Of a stretch of DNA of 64,000 nucleotides, positions 10,234 through 20,341 are shown piece after piece. The DNA lies in NCBI GenBank assembly GCA_027310185.1, contig DAIDBH010000014.1:192001-256000 (forward strand), in the 5' to 3' direction. How positions within the stretch are numbered: position 1 is the stretch's first letter; each line of letters begins with the position of its first letter. The notes beneath the pieces are model-generated. The model worked only from the letters and a program-made list of their open reading frames with translations, ran no database searches and was not told the origin of the DNA. Both the position numbers and the translations under genes were made by a program. This DNA is from Thermoplasmatales archaeon (lineage in GTDB: Archaea; Thermoplasmatota; Thermoplasmata; Thermoplasmatales; Thermoplasmataceae).

Positions 10234-11244
10234 ATGGCACTCAATATTCAGGATTTAAGATTCGGTGAAGAGCTCCTTAAAACCGGCTTCGCGAAAATGA
10301 CAAAGGGAGGAGTGATCATGGATGTTACCAACGCCGAACAGGCCAGGATAGCTGAAACCGCTGGAGCAGTTGCAGTCATGGCTCTGGAAAAGGTCCCAGC
10401 AGACATCAGGGCAGAAGGTGGTGTTGCAAGAATGGCGGATCCGGCTAAGATAAGGGAAATAATTGATGCAGTGTCAATTCCTGTTATGGCCAAGGTAAGG
10501 ATAGGACATATAACAGAGGCACTTACTCTTGAGGCCCTCGGGGCTGATATGCTTGACGAGAGCGAGGTTCTGACCCCATCAGATCCTTTCTTTCACCTGA
10601 ACAAGAAGCAATTGAAGATTCCCACTGTTTGCGGTGCAAGAAACATTGCTGAGGCAATTAGGAGAATATTTGAAGGAGCTGCAATGGTAAGAACAAAGGG
10701 GGAGGCCGGAACAGGTAATGTTGTGGAAGCTGTAAGACACATAAGAATGGTAAACGAAGGAGTTTCCCTGATTAAGGGGATGAACAATAATGATATGGTC
10801 AAGGTTGCCGAAACAGCTGCAGACAGCTACCTTAGATTGAGGAAGGATGTCATGCCCAACCTATTCCTGAAAGAAACAAAGATCGATACGGAGGATATAT
10901 TTTATGGGATGAGCATGAAACAGATACAGGAAGAAATCCTTGGTGTTGTTAAGGATATCAAGAAGCTTGGAAGACTGCCTGTTGTCAATTTTGCTGCAGG
11001 AGGTGTTGCAACACCTGCTGATGGAGCACTCATGATGAAACTTGGAGTAGATGGAGTGTTTGTTGGTAGTGGCATATTCAAGTCTCCTGATCCAATAAGG
11101 ATGGCCAGGGCAATTGTTGAAGCAGTTGAGAATTATGATGATTACAGGATGATAGGCAATGTATCCACTGGTCTGTCTTCTATGGAAGGAAAGGACATAA
11201 ACGAAATTCCTAAAGAACAGAGGTTAGCTGAAAGGGGAATTTAG
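10234..11244 (+). CDS. pdxS: Pyridoxal 5'-phosphate synthase lyase subunit
   Basis: [37 protein letters not shown]. Confidence 0.97.
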   Translation: MALNIQDLRFGEELLKTGFAKMTKGGVIMDVTNAEQARIAETAGAVAVMALEKVPADIRAEGGVARMADPAKIREIIDAVSIPVMAKVRIGHITEALTLEALGADMLDESEVLTPSDPFFHLNKKQLKIPTVCGARNIAEAIRRIFEGAAMVRTKGEAGTGNVVEAVRHIRMVNEGVSLIKGMNNNDMVKVAETAADSYLRLRKDVMPNLFLKETKIDTEDIFYGMSMKQIQEEILGVVKDIKKLGRLPVVNFAAGGVATPADGALMMKLGVDGVFVGSGIFKSPDPIRMARAIVEAVENYDDYRMIGNVSTGLSSMEGKDINEIPKEQRLAERGI

Positions 11245-11247
11245 TTA

Positions 11248-11970
11248 ATGCTCGTAGCCTTTAATTTTTATTATGTTCTAGAAGTTGTAATAGTACTGGT
11301 TATATTATTTGTTCTTTCCCAGATTTTCAAACTGTTTGATGTAAAAGGTGCCATAGGAGCTGTTATAATTGGCGCTATTGTTTCCTTCGCTGGGAACATA
11401 GACTGGCTCATCCTGTTAATAGTATTTGCATTTTTTTCTCACCTCGCAACAAAATATAGATTTAAAGAAAAGATGAGGTTGAAACAGCAGGAAGGTACGC
11501 GGGGAGAGAGGAAGATTTCCAATGTAGCTTACGGTGGAGCAATAGGAGTGGTGATTGCTATTTCTAACCTTATTGTACCATTTAGTTTTCCATTTTTTGT
11601 GATGTTTGCAGCAGCATTTGCTGCGATTACTTCTGATACATTTGGATCAGAAATTGGTGTCCTTGATGATAGGACGTACTTGATTACAACGTTAAAGAGA
11701 TGCGAAACTGGAATAAATGGAGGAGTTTCCATAATAGGAACTCTTGCCGCCTTTCTCGGATCCTTTGTGATTGCCATTTCCTATGTGATTCTAACGCGAA
11801 ATCTTGATTGGAAACCACTTGTTCTTATTCTTGTGGCCGGATTTCTGGGAAGCAATATTGATTCACTTCTTGGAGCTATGTTTGAAAATAAAAATGAGTT
11901 GTCTAAAGGTCAGGTTAACTTGATAGCTTCCATAGTAGCGGTTCTTTTTACGGTACCTTTTCTATTGTGA
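11248..11970 (+). CDS. DUF92/TMEM19-family membrane protein
   Basis: SDTFGSEIG, GINGGVSIIGT, DSLLGAMFE, VNLIAS. Confidence 0.85.
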   Translation: MLVAFNFYYVLEVVIVLVILFVLSQIFKLFDVKGAIGAVIIGAIVSFAGNIDWLILLIVFAFFSHLATKYRFKEKMRLKQQEGTRGERKISNVAYGGAIGVVIAISNLIVPFSFPFFVMFAAAFAAITSDTFGSEIGVLDDRTYLITTLKRCETGINGGVSIIGTLAAFLGSFVIAISYVILTRNLDWKPLVLILVAGFLGSNIDSLLGAMFENKNELSKGQVNLIASIVAVLFTVPFLL

Positions 11971-12020
11971 ACGTAAAAAAATAAAAATGTAAAGGATTCA
12001 TCCTGAAATATTCAATCTTA

Positions 12021-12698
12021 TTATGCCTTATTCCTGAAATCTTGGTTTTCCATTAGATATTTAGTGAGGTATATGGATCTTTCCTTTGAAAGGATTCCAT
12101 TTATGTCTCCTAATCTTTCTCTCCTTGCAATTGACATGTACTCCATTATATTTGTTAGAATGAAATCATTTGCCTTATCAAGAAATATCTCCTGCGGGAA
12201 AATTATGTCGCAATTCTTCCCCTCCTTTGATTCACCGTTTACAAATATGGGATACTTCATAATTGTGCGACTTAAACCCATTACAGGTGTGTAACTCTCG
12301 GATATACTAAAATTTGCACCTTCACGGGCGATACATACATCAGATAATAGAGTAAGTTCAACACCCAGATTCTTGCAGGTTCCATTTACAAGAGAAAACA
12401 CAGGTTTGTTTATCATGGCTATAAATGAAGCAACAGTGCTTACCATATCCAGATACCTTACAGATTGCACTGATTCAAATTTTCTTAATCCTGTGAGAAA
12501 GTTGTCATTAGAACCTGTTATTGCAACCGCTCTTACCTTATCATCAGTAATTGCAAGAGATATAGCTTTTAAAAATTCTTCAAAAAATAATAGGGAAACT
12601 CTCCCCTGATCATCTGATAGGATTGTGATGACGCCGATCCCATCCTCCTGCCAGAAGCTTATCTCCTTAAATCCGGCAACTCTAGGTGCATTACTCAT
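12021..12698 (-). CDS. Enoyl-CoA hydratase/crotonase-fold protein (divergent)
   Basis: DDKVRAVAITGS..F, KPVFSLVNG..LGVELTLLSD; overlaps the cytochrome b stop. Confidence 0.7.
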   Translation of the reverse strand: MSNAPRVAGFKEISFWQEDGIGVITILSDDQGRVSLLFFEEFLKAISLAITDDKVRAVAITGSNDNFLTGLRKFESVQSVRYLDMVSTVASFIAMINKPVFSLVNGTCKNLGVELTLLSDVCIAREGANFSISESYTPVMGLSRTIMKYPIFVNGESKEGKNCDIIFPQEIFLDKANDFILTNIMEYMSIARRERLGDINGILSKERSIYLTKYLMENQDFRNKA

Positions 12699-14370
12699 TG
12701 TAGTATGCCAGCCTGTAAAGTCTTACACCAATTCCTACTATGAATAACAGTGCACCCAGTCCCATTCCGAAACCAGCTTCCTGAACCAGATTAGTTGGGT
12801 TAACCTGTATCATCAGCCATAATATTTCCGCTGCAATGATGAAAAGAATGGCAACCAGAACGTTTACCGTTTTCTGACTTATCTGAATTCCCTTTACCGG
12901 CTTTGTTTGTTGCATTGAAAGGTGCGCGAAATTGGATGATTTCATGGTTCCAAATGCCGCAAATGCAGTAGCAGCTCCGTATGCGCCAACGTTCAAAGTG
13001 TTTGAAACTGTAACCCCATGCATCATATTCCCCAGTTCCAGTGATAGTTCAAATATACCCAAGGACAGGAGAATTACGAATATTATGAAAGATCCTGTAA
13101 GCTTTGCCAGTGATGGCTTGAAGGCACCTTTCTTATACAGGTGACCAAATGCCAGGAAGAAGCCCATGACTATAATGAATGGTGGAAGTAATACCAGTGC
13201 CACTATGTCATTACTGATTGGTATACCTGGAGCGAGTACTCCCCAGAGGGAGAGAATTATAAGGTATATGATTGCCAGAAGACCGAAGGCAGTAAATACT
13301 GGCCTGGAGAGTGGATGCAAATTGTTAGAACGGTCTAAAAACGGCACCAGTAGGAAATAAACCAGTGGAATGCCTCCAAAGACTGCTGATGCCATCAGTG
13401 GTGAGTATGCACCAAATAGATTGAAGAATTTAAAATCTATTGCTTTGTAAACAAACAGTAAGAACCATGGAGGATATGGAGGAACATAGGGTGCCAGAGG
13501 TGATGTTGATGCTACCTGTGGGAAAGGATCGAATAGTGCTGGAACTCCCATATGTATTGCCCTTAGGGCGTCAATAGCCGATGGAAGAAATAGGAGAATA
13601 CCAAATGTAAAAGCCCCTAACTGCATCATAAACATCAGGTTGTAAGGATACCATTTTTTGTATTCTGGCTTGTCCTTGTCAACTGCTGGCGCCTTATAGT
13701 TTGCAAGTCTCTGAGAAGGCATCATTCCATTTGCCTCGGCTAGGTAGAAATGGAACCCAAATAGGGCACCGATCAGTGCTGCAAGAATTATATGAAGTCC
13801 AAGCATTCTGATAAACAGGGAGGTGTTTGTTCCATTTCCGAATACGATTTCCTCTGATATTTTACCTATTACAGGAACGGAGAGTGCAATTCCCCTTCCA
13901 ACATCTGTTGCATCAGATGATAATACATCTCCCGTCATTGAATACCCGAAATATCCAACTCCAATTGTTAATGCGAGTAATATAACTCCCGTTACCCACT
14001 GTAATTCCCTTGGTCTCTTGTATGCACCATTGAAATAGTTCCTGAACATATGCAGGTATACTAACACTACCATGGCATATGCGCCATACAGATGTGTTGT
14101 TAAAAAGATTTCACCATATGGAACGTCCCTCAACACATATTCAGTACATGCATAAGCGTTAGCGGGATTATAATAAAGCAGCAAAATAAGTCCGGTTACC
14201 ACCTGATAAATGAACGCCATTGATATTAACGCACCGGTCCAGTACCAGAATCCTCCTTTTTTTCGCATATAGTCAGGTACAGTCGCTAGGGGCAGCTCTT
14301 CTATCTTTAGCGGGTCTTCTCCCAGTACATTTTTTATACTAAAATTCTTTCTTATATCATTCATGCTCAT
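12691..14370 (-). CDS. Cytochrome b (fused b/subunit IV, SoxC/SoxN-like)
   Basis: Heme-ligand His pairs (THLYGA..YLHMFR; GLHII..FHF), PRELQWVTG, Qo-site PPWF, extra C-terminal TMs. Confidence 0.93.
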   Translation of the reverse strand: MSMNDIRKNFSIKNVLGEDPLKIEELPLATVPDYMRKKGGFWYWTGALISMAFIYQVVTGLILLLYYNPANAYACTEYVLRDVPYGEIFLTTHLYGAYAMVVLVYLHMFRNYFNGAYKRPRELQWVTGVILLALTIGVGYFGYSMTGDVLSSDATDVGRGIALSVPVIGKISEEIVFGNGTNTSLFIRMLGLHIILAALIGALFGFHFYLAEANGMMPSQRLANYKAPAVDKDKPEYKKWYPYNLMFMMQLGAFTFGILLFLPSAIDALRAIHMGVPALFDPFPQVASTSPLAPYVPPYPPWFLLFVYKAIDFKFFNLFGAYSPLMASAVFGGIPLVYFLLVPFLDRSNNLHPLSRPVFTAFGLLAIIYLIILSLWGVLAPGIPISNDIVALVLLPPFIIVMGFFLAFGHLYKKGAFKPSLAKLTGSFIIFVILLSLGIFELSLELGNMMHGVTVSNTLNVGAYGAATAFAAFGTMKSSNFAHLSMQQTKPVKGIQISQKTVNVLVAILFIIAAEILWLMIQVNPTNLVQEAGFGMGLGALLFIVGIGVRLYRLAYYNE

Positions 14371-14380
14371 TGATTCACCT

Positions 14381-15136
14381 TTAACTAGATGCGAGTTTGT
14401 TTACAGTTGTCTTACTTAGGTTGCTTATTGCGTGGCCTCCTGTGAGATCTGACGGGTGTCCGAAAACTACTGGCCCAGTTAGTTTTTTAGCATAAAGGGT
14501 ATCAGTAAGATTGTCGTACTTCAAAGTCACAAATGGTAGTGGTCTTTGCGTTGGGTGTGTAATAATACCCGCGCCCCTGTAAGGATCATATGTGCTTCCA
14601 TGACAGTCGCAGTGAATAACACCATATGTAGGCTTGGTCGTATTATAAGTCTTTAATGTGCTGATGACGTTTGCGGGTAGAGTGCCCTCCTGACCCGGTG
14701 GGTAGTAATGTATAATTGGAGGTATACATCCCAAATGCTGACAAATTGCACTGTATGATACGATAGAATTACCTGGCCCCACACCCCCTGTAAACGTATA
14801 TACCTCACCTGAAGCATCTATGGTTACAGATGTAGGTGGGACTTCCCTGTCGAAGCGGATTATGAAATTAGGTTCATCTGATAGCGGATAATAATAAATC
14901 CAGATGTTTGGTGATTCTACCTCGAATTGACTTGCCTTCAGTGGCACTGGAGCACTGTTTGGCGTACTTGGATCATTCCAGTATAGTAATGTTTCTGGAA
15001 AATTTGTCAAACCTACGGCAGGTGTAATCAGGTTTTGAACCACTCCCTTGCCAAGTCCCCCTACAGCAGCAACAGCTGAGAGACCAACCATGGCTTTAAG
15101 AAATCCCCTTCTTGATGGATCAACTTCTCCTGTCAT
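14381..15136 (-). CDS. Rieske [2Fe-2S] protein (SoxL-like)
   Basis: Tat signal SRRGFLK; CQHLGC and CDCHGS motifs. Confidence 0.95.
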   Translation of the reverse strand: MTGEVDPSRRGFLKAMVGLSAVAAVGGLGKGVVQNLITPAVGLTNFPETLLYWNDPSTPNSAPVPLKASQFEVESPNIWIYYYPLSDEPNFIIRFDREVPPTSVTIDASGEVYTFTGGVGPGNSIVSYSAICQHLGCIPPIIHYYPPGQEGTLPANVISTLKTYNTTKPTYGVIHCDCHGSTYDPYRGAGIITHPTQRPLPFVTLKYDNLTDTLYAKKLTGPVVFGHPSDLTGGHAISNLSKTTVNKLASS

Positions 15137-15281
15137 AAATGGTTATTGAATTAATGGTTAAAATGGTTTTCCCTCGTGTTATAACAAGTATTTATACCGG
15201 CACGGGGTTTTTGGATCTTATGATAAGAAAAATCTATCTCTCTATATATTATCTTAAAAAAATTATTATAGACGATCTCAA

Positions 15282-15599
15282 TTGAACAGAATGGATTTTG
15301 ATGAGTATGCAAAAATGCAGAAAAGAACTTCGCCAAAGGGTTCAGATATAGTTATGGTCGCTCTAGGTCTTACTGGGGAATCTGGAGAATTTGCAGATAT
15401 GATTAAAAAACACCTTTTCCAGGGTCATGAACTTAATAGGGAAAAACTGATCGAGGAACTTGGGGATGTTTTATGGTATATCTTCGAGGGCGCAAGAGTT
15501 TTAGGAATAAGTGCCTCCGAGATTGCAGAGGAAAATGTAAAAAAATTAGAGAAAAGATACCCCGATGGATTTGATCCTGAAAGAAGCATAAAACGCTAG
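15282..15599 (+). CDS. MazG-like nucleoside triphosphate pyrophosphohydrolase
   Basis: GLTGESGEFAD..KK, EELGDVLWY, KLEKRYP; ATG at 15291 likely. Confidence 0.9.
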   Translation: MNRMDFDEYAKMQKRTSPKGSDIVMVALGLTGESGEFADMIKKHLFQGHELNREKLIEELGDVLWYIFEGARVLGISASEIAEENVKKLEKRYPDGFDPERSIKR

Positions 15600-15677
15600 G
15601 ACTGGACTTTTCATATAATAACAAATATTTTAATTTGATTACTTTTTTATATGTGTTAATTATTTCAATTACCAATA

Positions 15678-17267
15678 ATGAAACCTGTCAATGATGTCCT
15701 AAACTCAATAAGATCCAAGCTGAAACCACGGTCTATAATTATTTTGGCAGTAATTTGTGTTCTCATTTTCCCGGCATTGCTTATAGAGAACAGTTCCATA
15801 CCAACAAGTGATTCCCACCTGTATTTTCTAAGTATGGGAAGCAACAGTTTCCCAGGACTTATCTTACCAAACGAATACAGTTCTGGAAATTCAAGCGCAA
15901 ACAGCCAGAAAACTTTCTTTCTGTTAAACAACAGGCTGGAAACTGTTTCCAATACAACTGTAAGGCTGAATGCCTCTGTAGTTGATACAAACCTTTTGTC
16001 CCATTCATCAATTATCCTCACTCTGTATTTCGATACCAATACAGGTTTATCAGGTAATTTTACCCTGAATGATACAGATTTGAGGGGTCATTTACCAGTA
16101 GCTTACAATAAAACACAGAATATTGTTTCAGGTTATCAAATTTATAACTATACAGTCTTGAAAAGTAACAATAAACCTGTTCCAAACCAAAAGGATGATG
16201 AATTTGAATTTCGTTCCTGTGCGGTTGTTTTAAATAATAAGACAGGAGTAAGGGGCACTTTGAACATGGCCTTTTTACCATCTTATCAGTTAGGTTATTA
16301 TGGTATAGCTCCCGTCTTCTTCATGAATGGCAAACCTGACGGCAGTTATAACCTGTCATACCACCTTTACAATCCCCAGAATAATAATTCCGTTGGTCCA
16401 CTTGTCTATCTTGGCAATTTCTCCTTCAATAAGATGTATATGATCAATTCAAATGAGGAACCAATCCTTTCCATGAATGAAGCATACAATGTAACTTTTT
16501 TTGTTAACGGAACTGCAGTGGGAATAGTTTATAGGAGCAGCGTATCCTCTTCATTTTCTTCAGGCATATCGATCCTTGGATTACTTGGAAACACCGGTTC
16601 AGAGATAATGCTTCTTGTAACAGTGTTTATGGTGTTGATGCTGTTCGTGCCAATGTTCAATCCCTCTGTTTACAAATATTATCTATCCCTGCCAAGGAAG
16701 AGATGGTATACGGTTGTTAATGAGTTTATCTCGTCCTTACTGGCAATGTCAATCTTTGAGGGTTTCGCTTTTGTGGCGACCTATATGATTTCCCAATTAG
16801 TGCTACACTTTTCTATTTCCGGTCTTGCCTTTGCATACATTTACCTATTAAGCCTGGCTGCATTTACAGTCTTTGCATCCCTTTACCTCCTGTTAGGTGT
16901 TTATTTCATAGGCAAAGCCATGCCCAAAACTTTCCTAACAATATTCCTTGTCTTGGGATATCCCATAATAGATTCACTTTCACAAACTTTGTTTGAAATA
17001 CAGTCAATTCTCCCATTTTATTCTAGTAATTCCCTTTTCAAGCCAGTGCTAGAAAACATACGGACACTGAATGTCATCAGTGGCATATTGCCCGTACTTA
17101 ATGTGGAAGAATTGAATAGCTATTTCCTGAGAAGTCCGGTCAGTGGAGTGATAATGCTGAATCATCTCTCAATATTCGATCTGTCTCCCATAATATTCCT
17201 GTCATCCATAATTGGCATTTCAGTGGCTTTGTTTTACCTGTCAATAAAGAGGTATTACAGGTACTGA
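15678..17267 (+). CDS. Membrane protein with large Asn-rich extracellular domain and C-terminal permease-like helices
   Basis: N-terminal TM, ~280 aa N/S-rich region with many NxS/T sequons, then ~5-6 TMs including YYLSLPRKR (ABC-2 permease-like). Confidence 0.6.
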   Translation: MKPVNDVLNSIRSKLKPRSIIILAVICVLIFPALLIENSSIPTSDSHLYFLSMGSNSFPGLILPNEYSSGNSSANSQKTFFLLNNRLETVSNTTVRLNASVVDTNLLSHSSIILTLYFDTNTGLSGNFTLNDTDLRGHLPVAYNKTQNIVSGYQIYNYTVLKSNNKPVPNQKDDEFEFRSCAVVLNNKTGVRGTLNMAFLPSYQLGYYGIAPVFFMNGKPDGSYNLSYHLYNPQNNNSVGPLVYLGNFSFNKMYMINSNEEPILSMNEAYNVTFFVNGTAVGIVYRSSVSSSFSSGISILGLLGNTGSEIMLLVTVFMVLMLFVPMFNPSVYKYYLSLPRKRWYTVVNEFISSLLAMSIFEGFAFVATYMISQLVLHFSISGLAFAYIYLLSLAAFTVFASLYLLLGVYFIGKAMPKTFLTIFLVLGYPIIDSLSQTLFEIQSILPFYSSNSLFKPVLENIRTLNVISGILPVLNVEELNSYFLRSPVSGVIMLNHLSIFDLSPIIFLSSIIGISVALFYLSIKRYYRY

Positions 17268-17268
17268 A

Positions 17269-17619
17269 TTAGAGTGTTAATACCATATAGGCGATCAGAA
17301 GCACTGCGATCAGAAGAATCAGAATTCCTGATGTTACTATTGCAGTTGACGATGGCCTGAAATCTCCTGATTCTATACTTTTCATGTTTTTCATGAAACT
17401 TCTCAGGGCCATTACCTGCATGAAACCACCTGACACAACCAGTATTATTCCTATGGAGGCTGAAAAAGGAGCAGTAACGTTTGAAGAACCTGGCACAAGT
17501 TCTTTTATAATTATTCCGAATTTTGCTACAACAAATCCCAGTGCCATTACTGCAATTCCTGTTCTGACCCATGCCAGATATGTTCTCTCGTTGGCCATAT
17601 GATCCGTTACAGTAGACAT
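17269..17619 (-). CDS. DUF202/YidH-family membrane protein
   Basis: DHMANERTYLAWVRTGIA signature. Confidence 0.9.
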   Translation of the reverse strand: MSTVTDHMANERTYLAWVRTGIAVMALGFVVAKFGIIIKELVPGSSNVTAPFSASIGIILVVSGGFMQVMALRSFMKNMKSIESGDFRPSSTAIVTSGILILLIAVLLIAYMVLTL

Positions 17620-17931
17620 ATTGTATTTCTGATTATTGTTCGTGTAATAAGATGCTATTAACCTATTTAAAAGCCATTTTCTGCAAAAATGAAGTTACAC
17701 TAAGTTTAAGGTCTTTACCTCAGTTTTGCCTGCTAGGCATACCCATATCAGTTTACTTTTGGATGCATGGATTCTTTTCGAGGTATGAATGAAGATAAAT
17801 GAGACTGGTTTTTTGATAGAACCAGGTGATTTTTTCTGGTTACAATGAAGATGAGGTGTTTATCAACTTTTATATTACATTTTAATTATTGTTTAATAAT
17901 CTTTATAAAGAACGTATTATAACGATGTAAA

Positions 17932-18711
17932 ATGAATGTCGTTCCCATACTCGACAGTGTTAATGGTTGTTCTTCATATATAATAGGAGATGAAATTTCT
18001 GGGAAGGCGATTGTGATAGATCCACTTCAATCCTATGGGTTTAAGAATTATGTTATAAGGGCGGCGAAAGAAAGATTATACATAGATATGATTGTTGATA
18101 CACATGTTCATGCTGATCATTATTCTGCAGCAAAACCTCTTGCCAGAGAACTTGGATTCAAGGTATCCATGAGCGAAAATTCACCCAATGAATTTGTATT
18201 TAATAAATTGCGTGATGAACAGGGATTCACGCTGGGAAATCTTGAAATTAAGGTTATGCATGCCGCCGGTCACACTCCTGATAATATTGTCGTAAAAACT
18301 ATTGATAAATCCCGTTCAGATGAGGTTGGGTGTGTATTTACAGGAGATTCACTTTTTGTTGGAGATGTGGGAAGACCAGATCTCGTATATGAAAGCGAGG
18401 AAATGATAAGAAATGCCATTAGAGATCAATACAATACCATATTCAAGAAATTACTTGTCCTCCCTGACTATGTAGAAATATTTCCATCCCATTCTGGATC
18501 ATCTTCCTGTGGTGGCCTCTTTCTAAGCCCAAAATTCAATTCAACAATAGGATATGAAAAAAGATACAATCAATTTCTAAGAGCAAAATCTCTGGAAGAA
18601 TTTTCCAGTATGGTCATGAAAACACTGAAACCTCCTCCGGTAAACGCAAAGCGGATCAGAGAGTGGAATCTGAGCAGTAATATTGAATACAATAAAGAAG
18701 AGGTGAATTAA
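17932..18711 (+). CDS. MBL-fold protein, persulfide dioxygenase (ETHE1/Blh)-like
   Basis: DTHVHADH, GHTP, TGDSLFVGDVGRPDL, STIGYEKRYN. Confidence 0.85.
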   Translation: MNVVPILDSVNGCSSYIIGDEISGKAIVIDPLQSYGFKNYVIRAAKERLYIDMIVDTHVHADHYSAAKPLARELGFKVSMSENSPNEFVFNKLRDEQGFTLGNLEIKVMHAAGHTPDNIVVKTIDKSRSDEVGCVFTGDSLFVGDVGRPDLVYESEEMIRNAIRDQYNTIFKKLLVLPDYVEIFPSHSGSSSCGGLFLSPKFNSTIGYEKRYNQFLRAKSLEEFSSMVMKTLKPPPVNAKRIREWNLSSNIEYNKEEVN

Positions 18712-19319
18712 TGGATACTGAAATAATAAAGAAGGAACTTGCGAATCCTGGAACTGTTCTCATTGATGTAGATCCCATGCCATATCTGGAAATTGGATAT
18801 CCGGAAGGTGCCATATGTCATCCCATATCCACGGAGCCGTGGGAGGAAATTCTTGAGAGCATGATGGGAAAAAATCATAATGCCATTGCTGTATACTCCT
18901 CTTTCAAACCTGTTGGAGAGTACGCAAGCAGGCTTGCTACAGAATATGGAATTCCAGTTAAATTCACGTTTTCAGATGGACTGGATAAGTGGTCATCAAT
19001 GGGACTTCCTGTCACAAGAATTAAGTCTATGGATGTAAAAGAATTAGAGAGAGATTTGAACCAATTCAATGTTATAGACGTCAGGGAAAGGGATGAGCTG
19101 AAATCGGGATTCATACATGGATCCATAAACATTCCGCTTAGTGAAATAGATTCTGCCCTATTCAGGCTTGATGTTAAGAAAAAATATGCGGTTATATGTG
19201 CCCATGGAAACAGGAGCAGGGAGGCCTCAAAAATACTTTCTGAATATGGTTTTGATGCACGGACAGTTAATGGTGGTATGTCCCAGTGGATAATTAAAAA
19301 GTTTTCGACGAAGTACTGA
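18711..19319 (+). CDS. Tandem rhodanese-domain sulfurtransferase
   Basis: Two rhodanese domains; C-terminal one has IDVRE..E..G.I.GS and active-site CAHGNRS; start overlaps upstream stop (TAATG). Confidence 0.85.
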   Translation: MDTEIIKKELANPGTVLIDVDPMPYLEIGYPEGAICHPISTEPWEEILESMMGKNHNAIAVYSSFKPVGEYASRLATEYGIPVKFTFSDGLDKWSSMGLPVTRIKSMDVKELERDLNQFNVIDVRERDELKSGFIHGSINIPLSEIDSALFRLDVKKKYAVICAHGNRSREASKILSEYGFDARTVNGGMSQWIIKKFSTKY

Positions 19320-19384
19320 ATACTATGATCGTACCATTTCGACATACCAAAAGTCAAATATAGTTTTAGTCCTTAAAGATCAGT

Positions 19385-19993
19385 ATGACAGAGATAATTG
19401 GCGGGATAATATTAGAAAAAAGAATGCCGGAAACACTCCCTAAAGTAACGGTAAGCTGGACCTGGTTTGACCAGTTAAACGGGACAGTTGAGTGGACTTT
19501 CAAGAATAATACAAATTCTGTCCAGTCGTTTTTACTTTTCAGGAACACCTACTATTTCGGCAACGCCTTCTGGCCAGTTTACATTAATAATGAAGGGTTT
19601 AACGAGAAATTTGCAACCGCAGCAATCCCTCTTTCAGATTCAGGTACCAGTAATAACTCTGCACCACTTTGTGTTGCTGAGTTTCAGGATAAGAAGAGGA
19701 TAGTATGCTTTCTCTTCACGCTTTCACCAAATCAGCAGTGGTCAATGATAGAAGGCGGCTTTTCAGAATCGTTTCCTCCCTCAGGCTACTCGGCCATAAT
19801 AGCAAACGTTTCCGGATCGAAGGACTACTGTATTAAATATGATGAAACACAGGAAACGGACTGGGATTCACAGACTGGAACCAACTATACGGGATACGAA
19901 CCGAACCCAAGCACATTTAACACGGTAACCGCAAAAGTTCAATCAAGTTTTGTGTCATTGTTCAATGATGTAATAACCCCTGCTGAATGCTAG
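19385..19993 (+). CDS. Hypothetical protein (acidic, aromatic/beta-rich)
   Basis: 202-aa ORF with protein-like composition; no family recognised. Confidence 0.7.
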   Translation: MTEIIGGIILEKRMPETLPKVTVSWTWFDQLNGTVEWTFKNNTNSVQSFLLFRNTYYFGNAFWPVYINNEGFNEKFATAAIPLSDSGTSNNSAPLCVAEFQDKKRIVCFLFTLSPNQQWSMIEGGFSESFPPSGYSAIIANVSGSKDYCIKYDETQETDWDSQTGTNYTGYEPNPSTFNTVTAKVQSSFVSLFNDVITPAEC

Positions 19994-20035
19994 AATCAAT
20001 GAAAGGATCGTGATAACCCATATGTTGATAGAAAT

Positions 20036-20341
20036 CTAGTTTCTATCCTCGAAAGTCATCATTCTGCCATCTCCATATGTCCTGAAATAATATCTATAGG
20101 TTTTATCTCCAGACATTGCCTCACATTCTCTACCCTTGCTGTAGTTCCCAATCAGTTTTATGTAGTCAATGCTATCCCATCCTGTCCTTTTCTTTATCTC
20201 ATTAACCATGTTTTCAAATATATCAGCGCAGATATTGCAGCAGAAGAACATTCTCTCTCCTTCTATTTCCCTGTAATATTCCCCCCAGGTTGCGTCACAT
20301 AATGCACATCCTTTCTCATTGTTTGTTTTTATACATCTCAC
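20036..20341 (-). CDS. TA0938-family Cys-rich putative metal-binding protein
   Basis: GCALCDATWG, FFCCNICA motifs. Confidence 0.8.
   Translation of the reverse strand: MRCIKTNNEKGCALCDATWGEYYREIEGERMFFCCNICADIFENMVNEIKKRTGWDSIDYIKLIGNYSKGRECEAMSGDKTYRYYFRTYGDGRMMTFEDRN

Noticed and set aside
17620-17930. 310-nt intergenic gap as possible pseudogene or sRNA
   Set aside because: No recognisable reading-frame remnant or strong structure found by eye
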